Positions 38,625 through 51,224 of a stretch of 64,000 nucleotides of DNA are shown piece after piece. Origin of the DNA: Phoronis australis (taxonomy: Eukaryota > Animalia > Phoronida). The notes under the pieces were generated by a model. The model was not told the origin of the DNA. It did not search any database and worked only from the letters and a program-made list of their open reading frames with translations. The DNA lies in NCBI GenBank assembly GCA_002633005.1, contig NMRA01000557.1:81679-145678 (forward strand). Reading direction: 5' to 3'. Within the stretch, counting starts at the first letter, position 1. Each line of letters opens with the position of its first letter. The position numbers and the translations under genes were made by a program.

Positions 38625-38723
38625 CATGTGCATGTACACACACATACACACGCATGCGTGTGTGTGTGTCTGTGTGTGTGTGTCTGTTTGTGTGCGTGCG
38701 CGCGTGCGTGTGTGTGTGTGTGT
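38625..38723. repeat. Compound (CA)n/(TG)n microsatellite
   Basis: TACACACACATACACACGCATGCGTGTGTGTG... Confidence 0.92.
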
Positions 38724-40303
38724 AGACCGGAGATCCTCAAAAGCAAAAGCCGCTCCGTTGAAGAACAGCATGCATGTGCATGTACAATAGAATTCATCAA
38801 CTATCCTTACACTTGACATACGATTTGAAGACTGGCATGTGGCATCAATAGAATAAATACTAATAAATGAATAAGCCTGAAAACTTAGTGCCATATACAT
38901 TCATGTCAGACGATCAAGTGAGGGAAGAAGCGTGGAGAACACACTCAGGTACATTGGTCTAATCTACATAGGAAACCTCAAACTATTCGAATAACAACGG
39001 TCTTCAAAAACCGTGCACAAAGTCTATGGAAAATGATTCAATATTTCAACCTCAGTGTTACGACCAGCGTGGCCAGATGACCCGGGGCCAGTGCCGGGAT
39101 TTGCGGCCGGGCCAGTAACTTTTAAAAATTAAGTAGGCACCTGGGCCATTAAATTTTCGAACTACCTGGCCCGGCGGTTCAGCACATTTAATTCAGTGCT
39201 GAAGTTCGAACGCTGATTACGACTGGTTTATCGCAAATGACGTCACTCAATAATATATATATAAGAAAACATAAAGGTTGGACACTTAAACTTTGCAAAG
39301 CCGAGGCTCCCAACTTCAACCGTCCAAAATCCAAATAAAATCTGCGTGCACCTCCCTCAGTCTGGTGTTGCATAAACCTTCGAAGCCTTATCTTTCCTAG
39401 ATCCCATTAACTGTCTTCGTGAGTGGTGAATTGGCGATGGAATTTCCAAAACAATCTCAAAACTCTGAATTCAAGGACCTGAAATAGTAAACATGGCGGA
39501 TTTCAGTTGTGCTTCAACTTGTACGCCTGTCGTAGGTGAAACTTCGAGTTTGAGCAAGCAACCTATATTTCAAATTCAATAATTCTAATCCAAAACTCAA
39601 CTAATTGAGAATGTTAAAGTTAGTATTTTAATGATTATTTGTAACTTTATTCCACTGACGGCTCATTTTAGCCCTTAACTTAGAATTTTATTACATAAAC
39701 TGGCGTATCTTGTTTCTCATCTTGACATCACGCACTTTTTTGATTGAAGCACAACACACACTCGGCCAGGAAACGCAGTCCGTGCAAGTATTACAATGCG
39801 CGTGGCCGAAGAGTTAACTCAATGGTTTTGGCCAAAAGTAAGACCTTCATAAGAAATCACAGTACACAAAAAACTTCGCATATCAATACAGTATCAGGAT
39901 AATTTATATTTGATACAAATATGTGAGTAATTACATTTATTTGGCAATAAAGTGCTCTCTGCTTCTCATGATCAAGTAGTCGATGGATTCAAGTTGACGG
40001 CGAAAGCCGCGCGAAATTAGACTTTCGGATTTAGCTCGGGAGCGTCTGTCAAAACCCGGGACAAGAGTTTGCCGTTACTAATAACGTCACCAGAAAAATA
40101 ATGAGCACCCTCCTTGTTCGTTTTCCTAAGCAGTACAGTGCAAAAGCGGGCGATCATCATCACCCTCCGACGTTATTCGTGACGTCGCTACGATGTTTGG
40201 GGGGTAGTGATCTCACTTTTACCGTTGCCATGTTTTAGTAAGTAATAATAGGCTATTTCGAAGCGCAGTATTTCGCTTCGTTTAGTTCCGCGTTTCGTAC
40301 GTC

Positions 40304-41655
40304 TTAAAGAAGAATGCCACCCGATTTAATTACTCTTTTTTACCGTCTTAATCGGTCTATATTCTCATCGCCTCTTATACGGTCGACCTCACCTTGTCGA
40401 GAGGTGTCGCGCTAACCTGTGAGGAAGGTGAGAAACGACGCAGCGACGTCAGTGGTTCGTCTGCAGAGTGAATGCCGCTATGTTGCGGTGCATCGCTCCC
40501 GCTTGTCCGAACTATGAAGCTGCGGAGAAAGCGGGTATATCCTTTTTTGACTTCCTCTAGAGGCCGAAATGCTTAGGAAGGGGCTCGCGGTATAGTGAAG
40601 AATGAAAGGTATGCTGTTAATAGCAAACATGAGGCCGTGAAACATCTCCGTGTCTGTGGCCGGCATTTCGTCGACAGTGAATTCTCTGACGAATCCCGGC
40701 TTACCAAAGAACTATCCGTACGTTCCGTTGCCTGCGCATGTTCACGGCGCCTCTCTAGTATTTCTTGATCAGTGTATTCGGGTTCGAACTGATAGCCTGT
40801 GAAACCTAACGATCCGACCCGTGAAGTCTTTGTCGGACTAAGGCGGGATTGGCGCCGGGCGAGTTGCCATGTAGACGTTTATTATTCTGCGTTGTTTCAA
40901 AATGAATTACTCTCATCCTAAAATGATCCAAACCAATGCTTATATTTTGAAACTGAAACAAAGTCTGTCTCATTAGATACAATTTGTAATGCCTTGGAGT
41001 GCCAATGTTTTGAGAAGCCAGCAATGAATAAACCACTGCGTTACCGGCTTTTGATACCGGCAATAAGTAATTGACCGGGCACCGAGGGCGTGTGAGCGCA
41101 TGCTAATTCAGTGTTTGCTGACAGAAAGCTGTCGTGAAACAATTACTAGATTTTATATGCTATGGTCACATGTTAGGGGAATCTTTGAAATACATTATTC
41201 AATTAAATCATTGTTACCATGACAGCGTTTTCCCGTTCAGTGACTTTCCCAGACGTACGGGGGGCTGAGCGTGTGATAACATCTAGCTTCTTTGGCCTGC
41301 CGAACTTTGTAGGCTACGGTGTGTCCAAATACCAGTAAATCCGTAACAATTAAACAGCGAAAGATAAAACAACACGTTTTTATAAGAACTCGGTGTATTT
41401 TTAAGGGTTTTACATCGAACTTTGATGATTTATTGGTGTTAAACGATGAATTCAAGCGATTAGCTTGCACCACAAAACCGTGTTGTGAACTGCAGAACAG
41501 ACTGCGTGTGAAACCAATTGCGTCATTGGATAATTTCAACACCTCCGTCTGCCGTCAGGTGTCAGGTAACGCAACTGAACCTGCCGTTATCGAGTAGAAC
41601 TGTAGATCTAAATTGATACAAAATAGGTTGTTTTTTGGGTGACATTCTCCTTTAA
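40304..41655 (-). mobile_element. Kolobok/T2-type non-autonomous element, copy 2 (inverted; TSDs included)
   Basis: TTAA|AGAAGAATGCCACCC ... GGGTGACATTCTCCT|TTAA; reverse complement of 24295-25861 apart from internal indels. Contains a ~70-bp piece of MITE X at 41220-41290. Confidence 0.8.
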
Positions 41656-42215
41656 TGTCGTTGATTCTTACACTCTCATTAATTTAGCTACTGCATATCT
41701 GTTTGTGTATTTATAAATCGTGCGAACATGTACGTCGACATCTTGTGTGCTCTGTTTAAATTAATTGGGGTTCACTTCGTTTTCAAGTTTTAAGTAAAGA
41801 GAAACAATCATTTACAAAGCAGATTATTTGAAAGCACCGAACTTGTCAACACCGTCTATCCCAGTATCATTATTTTAAAAGATGCTATGCCAAGGCGGCC
41901 TTTTATACCAGGCGGCCTTTTATACCTAAACAATTATACAACCATTTATTGAACTCTTTGTTTCCCGTCGAGATGCACGAGTTTATAGCTTTTATTAAAA
42001 TTGCCTTGGGCTTGTTTATAATAGTTATTAGAAAATCTATTGAACAATTTCAGATCGAATAGTTAGCGTTGGGTGCGTCTATTGTGCAGATAGCCACTTT
42101 CGCTACTCCCCGGTATTTTGGAGTATTATAGCGTCCGGCATTCCACAATTAAACGATTATCAACTCAAGCTTAAGGTTCAACATTGTATTAGGGACTGGC
42201 TGAACGAAAATGTAC
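41656..42215 (+). pseudogene. Decayed paralog of the 34893-37346 membrane protein (C-terminal TM region)
   Basis: YVDILCALF...VYPSIIILKD...PFIPKQLYNHLLNSLFPVEMHE...IALGLFIIVIRKSIEQFQIE*...PGILEYYSV...IRDWLNENV versus parent FVDLLFALF...VYPDIWIAKD.PFIPKHLYNHVINTVFPVTMNE...LALGVLFFVIVRKSIEDFHIKW...PGMLEYYSV...LKEWLDQRV. Has stops, frameshifts and a 17-bp tandem duplication. Confidence 0.88.
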
Positions 42216-42504
42216 CAGTCCGTACCTAGGATGAGGCACGAAATACAGAAAATGTCTGCGCACCCCCTACTCCACCCACCAATCCTTATTCGGTCGTCAC
42301 AGTGTGTCTTTGCCACTTTTGACATCATTTAAGCCCCGTCGCGCCGAAGTCCGCGTTCTCAGAGCGTCCGACCCCGTGTTAACTAAACATCGATATGCCG
42401 GAACGGACTGCAGACGGGAGGATGCGGCAAACTTTGGCCCGGCATGATTCACCCGTCACGGCGTACAGCAGCCAGTCGGTTCCCTCCAGCAGTTTCCGCG
42501 TAAT

Positions 42505-43035
42505 GACAGCGTTTTCCCGTTCAGCGACTTTACCAGACGTAATGGTTTCTGAGCGTGAGATAACATCTAACTTCTTTGTTAACAGCCAAGCACATTCTTT
42601 TGTCTGTTATGACAACAAGCAGGCCACTTATCTACCAGGCTTGTTACAGACCACGTGTGAATACAGTCAAACTCAGAGTGAATTGGTGTATTCGAAAGAA
42701 TAGATTGTCGTAACTTCGGTTGAAGTTGGGCGATTTTGGCGATTTAATAACTAAACATGATCACCATTTGACGAAGATTTCAGAAATGCTATTGGTTTGT
42801 GTTCAAATAAGTTATAACTTAACTTATATTTTTAACAGCACACCCAGTCAGGGTAGATACGATCCCATTGGAGATTAGAGGAATTATCGAACAAACAAGA
42901 GCTGGCTCTCCAACCATAAATGCCAGAATGGAGTTAACCAGTCGTGTAAGATATTGGCTACAGGGGTAAACTTTCCAACTTGTTGTTGGGCTGTAGAATC
43001 GAACAAGTTGGGAGCAACGGGAAAACTGACGCCAT
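42505..43035 (+). mobile_element. MITE family X, copy C
   Basis: TGACAGCGTTTTCCCGTT ... AACGGGAAAACTGACGCCA; colinear with copy A. Confidence 0.75.
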
Positions 43036-44703
43036 AGAGTAAGATGTTTGCCAATTTTACAACCTTCGTATGAAATGGCCGATAATTTTTGTACACTGTA
43101 CCGTCGATCGTCAATATCCTTGACATTCTTGCAACAGATACGTTGTAATTCTCACTGTGTGATGTTACGCTTTTGTACATGTAGCAAATTATATAAATAG
43201 CATAATACCAAGTATATCTGTGCTCGACTGCAACTCTAAGTATGCTTTGTCAGTTTGCTTCACGGAAAACTATTATATAACAGAATAATTTGAAATTTTG
43301 TAAACGTTACTGTATAGCTGGAAGTATCAAGAACTTTGTAAAAATTATTACATAGTTTTGTAGTGACCTTAAGTTACTTTAACAGGTGTAGTAAAACAAT
43401 CGTTTTAATAAAACTCATTTCGTTGACAATTTATCATTACGCAGTAGCAGAAAGAACATTTAATGCTAACGAAATAAATTACCGCCTGGTAAAAGTAGAG
43501 AATCCTTAAGGATTTATTTCGTGAATTTAAATCTAATACATGTAGTTATCAAAATAGTTGGTTAGATGAATTAGCTGCGTGGTAAACATTGGATTTGCAA
43601 AATAAGTTTACTAGGGAAGTTCTCTGCAGCAAGTCAGAGGTAAAATGCTTGAATTATATACCGGTACAAGTACTTAATTTCAAGTTCATGCTTTCGAGCA
43701 TACTATCTAAGACTTAAAGAAGAAAAATGAATTTTATTTAATGACAAAACCGATCTCTGGCATTCAGTCAGTCGTTCAGTTTGTGGACTCACTGCAAAAG
43801 TAAGACGAACACTGCGTACCATATCCATACTTCAAAAATATTTTGACATCATGAACTTTTACAGCAATTGTACATGGGTTATGCTTCACAAACCATACAC
43901 TTTGACCTTAAGGGAATTTTTTAAGGAAAGTGTTATAGTGCCCATCGATATCCTTGGCTGATGGACGTATAGTAGAAACCATTCTAAAGTTCACAACAAA
44001 ATAAGTCAATTGCCCATAAACTGTTGTACAGAAGGATGATTGCAACCGGATGTTCAGAGGATCAAAAGCGTTTTAGAAATCAAAGCAATTCTTCCCAGCT
44101 ACCTGACCGCTTCACCATAACAGCAAAATGACCATAAATGGCCTGGAACTCTGATACCAACTAAATATTTTTATCAGAGTGTACCGTTCATTTAGCAACA
44201 CCTGTATTCTACATACCAGTTTATGTATGTCGGATGGGTACTATACCAAAACAGGATATATAAAGATTCTCACTTCATGTCACAAATTTTCAATTACTTC
44301 GTTATTTATCTTCGCTCGACACGTTTGCAAACACGGAAGTTGAACCCACGGCTGTTCAGACGGGCAGAAACATTAAATTTAGTTGAGCAGTCAATTGCAC
44401 CATACTTGTCCGTCCCTCAATATCAGTGGCAGTGCTTTGGTTAACAGTGGTTTTATGATCTGCACAATTTTGTACACGGTTTCAACATATCGAGGGAAAG
44501 AAATCCCCAGTCAGAGAGAATGGAAAATTAATTATTTTGCTCAAGATCAGTACTTGTACCAAATATAAGAAGTTGGGCAACGTTGAAAGTCCCAATTTCA
44601 TTATTAAGGATCAATGAGAAACGACCAATCTTCTCTAAGTTACATACTATGAGGACGCATAAAAAGTTGCATTGGAAGTTATTCTTTAATTAGTTTATGA
44701 CAG

Positions 44704-44780
44704 GCCAAGTCTTATTTGAGACTGTTTGTACACAAATCAATGCCAAGTCTTATTTGAGACTATTTGTACACAAATCAATG
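44704..44780. repeat. Two-copy 38-bp tandem repeat
   Basis: GCCAAGTCTTATTTGAGACT(G/A)TTTGTACACAAATCAAT twice. Confidence 0.9.
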
Positions 44781-46530
44781 CAAGGTCCAAATTTTGAGCA
44801 ATATGATGAACGCCAACATGGACCATCAGAATCAAGAAAATTCAATTTCTGTTTAAATTTAGCCTACTTGTCCCAAATTTTCGAGATTGTGCCAAACTGG
44901 ATAAATATTGCTGTGCTATGCATGTATGTGATTACTGTATCATATCAAGTCATCCAAGTGTAATTTAAGTGTCTGAAACCACCAGTTACTTTGTTTTGAC
45001 AAGTGTCTACATTGCAAGCATCATTAAACTAGTTTATAGCACTGGGTATCACCGTACAATTAACAACCGAAAAACAAGAAAATAGGAGAAACGGGACTTT
45101 TATTGAAAGTCTTTTAGCTCCACAGACACGACTGTGACGCGATATGAACTTACCCAGAGTTAGTGTGTCATGTCCACCAACAAGCAAGTTCCTTGGACAA
45201 ACAAGTGCCATATCCGCGGATATCTGATGTCTCTCCGGAAGGTGAAAAGGGTCTAAGCCTGGTCAAATACTGAGTTGTCACAACCACCAAAAACGCAACG
45301 CCTGGTCATTCTTTATTATACCATAAACCATTATGGGAAAAACAAGGAGCAATAGCCGACGACTTTTCATACTAAACGCAATGAAGGATGGCTATTGCTG
45401 TTGTCCCGACTGTAGGTAGAATGTACCGGCAAACAAATATTCATAATTGGAGATCGGCTAATTAAAATGATACAAAACCCGACTGTGGCCTATTAACAGA
45501 TATTAAAAACGACGATTCTATCTACACTGTAGCCCACTGAAACAAAATAATGCTCTGTAACCTTTTACAACCCTCAAATATTTCTAGCAAAATTTGAAAA
45601 TTCTTTAGAAACAGGCAGGTGTGAACTACACTTTTAAACAGGCCGCCTGGAAGGTGATAAACAGACAAAACTGCAATATTGAAAGTGGTTCTCTGCCACT
45701 GAAATAGAATTCAACTGGGTCCCTAGGTATTTTTAGGGTGTGTTCGTAAATATATTTAATTTCTGTTGATATCAAAGCATTTTATTTTAGTTTCAAATTT
45801 CAAAAAAAACCCTGATCTATCAACTGTTGGCCACTTCGTGGCTTTTTCTCCCATAAGGCAACGCACATCTCCTTATTTGGTAAGGTAAGACAGAGGCCTA
45901 GTCCATTTCTGTTATATGGAATTGTTTCGTTTGACATAAAGTTACTTCAAGCAACTGAGCGTGAGCGTATGCGCACATTTATCGTAAGTGGGAGGGTGAA
46001 TAGAAACTCTGCAGTTACAACAGAGTTTTTCCTTCGCCTGTACTTCAAAAATCATGAATTTTGTATTTTTTCCGGAAATTCTCTCACAGGAGAAAGTGAA
46101 TAACTCTACACTAGGCATTGAAAGTTGGAACTTTCATCAGGAATTGTTTAAACAATATTTTTGACGAGGTTTCGTGTTCCATGACTTTTTAAGCGAATTA
46201 TACAGTTAGGAAAGACTACCCATCAAGTATCATAATATCTTACTTGTCATAGTGCCACAAAGAAAGTATGAGTTTTTAATGAGTCCTGGTTGCATCACTA
46301 AAATGGGGTGTCAATATTGCATTAAGAACTGCCTGAAGCAATATATGGCTTAACTTAATATACAAACTAGATTTACAGTTTTGAGCAGCTGAGCAGTGTT
46401 AGGGACCCCTACAACTTCAATGCAAGATACGTGCAAGCCACACTAACAGCATCTAAATGTAGGATTCTTGCTGAAGGACTGAGTATGAAGATTTGGCATG
46501 GTGATGCACACCGTTCCATTACAGCAACCA

Positions 46531-46633
46531 TCACAGTTGCAGAACCTTGCCGTTTTCGTCGACGGCTTCGTGGACTTTCATCTTGCAAAAGAAACATTCA
46601 TTCTTCTGCATCAACTGGTACGTAATGCAGGCC
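46531..46633 (-). CDS. RNF123: RNF123/KPC1 terminal exon (second half of RING, stop)
   Basis: (R)ACITYQLMQKNECFFCKMKVHEAVDENGKVLQL*; cf. vertebrate ACINQHLMNNKDCFFCK. Confidence 0.93.
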
Positions 46634-47113
46634 CTGTAACAAAGTTGGAGATATATGGTCTTACGTTCCACACAACTGTATCTGAAAATAATGAAATTTC
46701 ACCCGAGCATAAGAGCAAAGTATCTGTCAGTGAGAATATAATACACACAAGTACTAGTTACGAAGCTAATTTCTATAAAATGTTTCCACACTGTTATACG
46801 CGGAAAATTACTTGGCTTCACATTTTCTCAGCTACTGAGAAGTGAGAGCACAAGACCAAATTTCTGTCTTAAGTGTTGGGTCACTTACATGAAACTGAAA
46901 CCTGGACAGAAAATACATCTTAGCTGCAGGCGGGCCGTAGTACAATTACAGCAATTTTAATATAACGATACCATTTCTTTGTGACTATCGTCAAAGTTCA
47001 AAGTGAAAATTACAGCCTAAATTTTAAGATTTTAAGTGGTATATTTTACATGATCTCGTTTTGGTATTTGGCCCCCATTTGCCTACCTACACCCAGCCCC
47101 TGGGCACTCATAC

Positions 47114-47199
47114 CTGCAGGACTGGTGTCCACACGGTCGGAAAGTAACCGTCAGTGGATTGGCATAGCATATAGGGCACAGGTCTTCATCTTGTACAGA
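47114..47199 (-). CDS. RNF123: RNF123 exon (first half of C3HC4 RING)
   Basis: [28 protein letters not shown]; GT-AG boundaries, phases match neighbours. Confidence 0.95.
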
Positions 47200-47951
47200 C
47201 TGCAAAATACAAAAGTAAATATTAACTGTGAATGACATGTAAAACTTTGACTATGGCTACCAGAAAGTTAGTCCTCTTAAAGATTGTGTAGCCTTCATCG
47301 AATAAGATACAGAAAATATCACGATGTTGCCTTCATCAATGCTAATGAATTCAATTTGACCAGGCATGGGTAGATCGTTGTGAACTTCTTCACATTCTCG
47401 GGAGAAGTCGGAAAATGATTAAGGCCAAATGGTAACATTTCAGAGATAATGGGTGTACCGACCATTTTTGAAAATGCAAAACAATTACCAGCACACATCA
47501 CAAATTTTTGTCTGACCGGTCGGAAATTGGTTGACGAACAACACAATACACATGATGGTAAGCTATCGTTTAATGTAGTGTAGCACCTTATTGACAAGTG
47601 TGAACAAAAGTATTACATGTAGCTGATTTCAATGCAGCAAAATTATTTTTCTAAACAAAGAAAGTCTGTAGAATTTGATTTTAGCTTTGTACCAATCTTC
47701 CATTAATTGGCTCAAAACATGTCACTTTTTGACACAGTGCTGTATTCCTTCAAAACTATGGATATGAAATGGACTCAAGAGTTTCAACATTGGGGAATTG
47801 CAATGCCATAGCAAAGACCTGCATCCTTCGCCAGATAGTTTCTTGTTCATTTCTTTATCAACAAAATATATATAACCACATGATGAGGCCAATACTGTTG
47901 AAGACCAAGTGAAGTAGCGTAACACACAAACAGGAAAACGATGTCACTCAC

Positions 47952-48043
47952 CACGATGCTGCTTCGCTTGTGTTGACCCTCGGCTCTCAGTCGGTCCAGA
48001 AGATCTTGGACAACCTCAACTTCTTCAGAGGTCACTTCATTGT
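47952..48043 (-). CDS. RNF123: RNF123 exon
   Basis: (Y)NEVTSEEVEVVQDLLDRLRAEGQHKRSSIV; tgcag|...|gtgagt. Confidence 0.88.
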
Positions 48044-48202
48044 CTGCATAAGAACAGAATAGCAAATTTGAAGCTATGTGGCAGTGAAACAAGTGATGGT
48101 TCTAGTGTATTGCCTTGAGCAAGCCTACTAGAGTATTTTGAGCATCTGCATCTGCCTACTTCGTAGGCTTCCATTGCATTCCAAACATGGCCATGTGCGA
48201 TG

Positions 48203-48868
48203 CACAGGCGTCCTCAGCTTCTGATCGTCCCCAATACACTACATATAATACTACAAGGTATGACACTTCCGACCAGAAATTCCACGGGTGCTTCACTTCA
48301 GCCGTCCATAGCAAACATAAAACTGAATAAATTTACACAAAACAGAGGTTCAACAAACCATGAAGAATTGTTCTTTCTCCCAATACCATTCACGGTGTCC
48401 TGTTCCGGCGACTTCGTAAGAAATTCGCAGTCAAAGAACAAAAATGTTCACAAAAAACCCCCACACACGTCCATCGGTTGCTGCTCGAGGTCAAGGATGG
48501 TACGAAATTGTCGTTTTGTCGCGTAAAGTCACGATGTCGGTACTTCCGTAACTCACCGGCAATTTCCGTACCGTCCTTGACCTCGAGCGGCAACCGATGG
48601 ACGTGTGTGGGGGTTTTTTGTGAACATTTTTGTTCTTTGACTGCGAATTTCTTACAAAGTCGCCGGAACGGGACACCGTGAATGGTATTGGGAGAAAGAA
48701 CAATTCTTCATGGTTTGTTGAACCTCTGTTTTGCGTAAATTTATTGAGTTTTATGTTTGCTATGGACGACTGAAGTGAAGCACCCGTGGAATTTCTGGTC
48801 GGAAGTGTCATACCTTGTAGTATTATATGTAGTGTATTGGGGACGATCAGAAGCTGAGGACGCCTGTG
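48203..48868. mobile_element. Foldback MITE, 666 bp, ~310-bp near-perfect TIRs, 8-bp TSD (P- or hAT-superfamily-like)
   Basis: CACAGGCGTCCTCAGC... / ...GCTGAGGACGCCTGTG, ~50-bp spacer, flanked by identical GTGCGATG (48195-48202 and 48869-48876). Confidence 0.92.
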
Positions 48869-48903
48869 GTGCGATGCAGCACAAACCAAATCAAAATGGC
48901 AAC

Positions 48904-49461
48904 TTAAAGAGGCAATGGAACCCGGAAATGTATCAAAAATATCTTTTTCACAAATCCTGACCAAAGCATCATCTCGCAACGTCTAGTATAGAGTAATTCA
49001 CTGTCCCCTGTGAAGAAATTTCTAGAAAAAATCACAAAGTTCACGATTTTTGAAAAATGCGTCAATGAACAACTCTGTGGTTACCACACGGTTTCTCATC
49101 AAACTCCCAATTATAATAACTATGCGCATGCATTCAAAGTCAGTTGATTGAAAATGATTGAGGCCAAAGGTCACATTTTCCATATAAAGTAAAAGTGCCA
49201 CGTCTAAGTGTTGCCATACCAAATAAGGAGACGTGCTTTGCCCTGTGGCAGAAAAATTGATGAAGTGGTGAGCAGTTTGACAGATCATTTTTGGAATTTG
49301 AAACTAAAAGAATCAAAATGCTTTGATACCAACAAAAATCAAAAATCTTTATGCACAAACATCAAAAATACCTGGTGAGCAGGTTGAATTCTGTTTCAGG
49401 GGCAGAGAAGCGCTTTAAATATAGCAATTTAGTCTGTTTATCGCGTCCCAGGCCTCTTTAA
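48904..49461. mobile_element. Kolobok/T2-type MITE (second family)
   Basis: TTAA|AGAGGC ... GCCTCT|TTAA. A related partial copy starts at 15052 (shared CCCCTGTGA.GAAATTTC.AGAAAAAATCACAAA.TTCACGATTT). Confidence 0.6.
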
Positions 49462-49896
49462 GTTAGCTATGTTAACACTGTGTCTTGTTTTCAGTCGAAA
49501 TGGAGCTCATAAGCATTTTTTGTATGATAAGAATATTGTTTCACCTTACTTGTGTTATTTTGACATGCAAAAGCAGTGTGCACTGATAATGTTACATAAA
49601 TTTAAGTGATTTTAGAAATCTTCAGTTAACTAATGTTGGTCCAACATGGGGTGTAATAAACAGCCACAGCGGGACACTCCAGCTGCTCTCCCCGTAAATA
49701 CCAATCATACACAGCTGTCGAGATGAGGAATTCTGGGTAATCGGTCAGAAATTGCGTCAAATAGGTCACAAACCGAGATCTGTTAGTGTGCATCAGTTTT
49801 TAGACAGTGCTGTGCATTCTGTTAAGGAAGCAATCTGTACTGACGCCAAAGTAAACATGAATTTCCATAAAGCATAGAAACTAGGCCCAAACTTAC

Positions 49897-50051
49897 AGTT
49901 TTGGAGAGAGAACGGTTTCTTCTCCTTCTTGCCAGTAGGTGGCGCTGCCGCACATGCTCCCACTGTGGCCTGGTTTGATCCCAACACAAAATCAAAAGAG
50001 TCCTGCTGAAAAGTAGGCTCCTTCACTAGGTAGTGTAGTGCGCGGAGTTGA
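49897..50051 (-). CDS. RNF123: RNF123 exon
   Basis: QLRALHYLVKEPTFQQDSFDFVLG...KKEKKPFSLQN; GT-AG, phases consistent. Confidence 0.9.
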
Positions 50052-51224
50052 CTGGAAAATGAAGTCAAGAAGCTAGAAATACATGAATTGACCACATTGG
50101 ACCGAAATATATAAAAGATAAGAACTGGAAAGCAAAAACGACGTTAGAGTGCGGCATAGAAACGACATTTTGATATTAATCAAATATCACCAGGTTAAAG
50201 TAGACAGAAAACAAAAGTATACTGTGTTCACTTCACATCACAATGCTTGGCACAAGATCTGTCAACTAAAGACTATCACAACTCCAGCCTGTATGCTCCA
50301 ACATTCCTACACGTATTCAGAGACCTCTCAACATGGAGGGCCTGACGAGAATAGCCTCACGAATTAAAAACTTAAGTTAAATTGTAACTGTACAGCAAAC
50401 ATCATGTTCAATAACCTTCTTCTCAGGAAACCCTATAGCGTCGCCAGTGTTGACAGAATGCACACACACGGTCACGCAAAGGGATATTTCAAAAAGACCC
50501 CATTGAACCACCCATATCCATTGCCTGACGGGTGCATCTCATCTGGAGAACTTCTGGAGAATTGAAAGCACATCGTCCAAAAGCAGTAGACTCAGGTGGG
50601 TCTTAAATCTCCAAAAAGCAAAAGCATACCATTAGGAATAAAAAGTATTGCGTAGTTCTGCGTGTGCCAGAAAAGAATGCCCCGTATCCTGACACAAGCA
50701 TTAAATAAATTAAATTGAAACAGGCACTCCAATTTAATGAGTATCTGATTAAGGTTTTCAAAAAAAGTTGACAAATATCATTAAGTCATAAACATCAAAA
50801 ATTTCGCAGCAAAAACAATTTTCAGGAAATTTCTACACATTTGAAATTATAAATTTCTGTGTCATTTTCGCTATACCTTCGGCAAACCTTTTTTCAATTT
50901 GAAATTAGAGGCAATGCTATGTGAATAGCATGAAAATCTATAAGCAACGTGGTACACACCCATGATAGGACAGACACCAAATCTGCTTGTTTCAAGAATA
51001 TAGTGCAGTTGAAGTAAAAACGCCAATAGCAATACTGTTAAACCTACGATTCCTTCAAACAAAATGTCAAGGTGTTAATCACAAGTAACAAAACCCGTGT
51101 TGGCCAGGACCAGGTGTACAATCCATGCTGAAACGGCTGGGTTTCCAAATGCTTTGGTAGAAAAATAAAACTTGTCAATAAATTGTTGACAACTACAACA
51201 TTAGAAATGATCGCCACCATATAC

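Noticed and set aside
48200-48979. Mirror-image ORFs on both strands
   Set aside because: A consequence of the long inverted repeat; no protein features.
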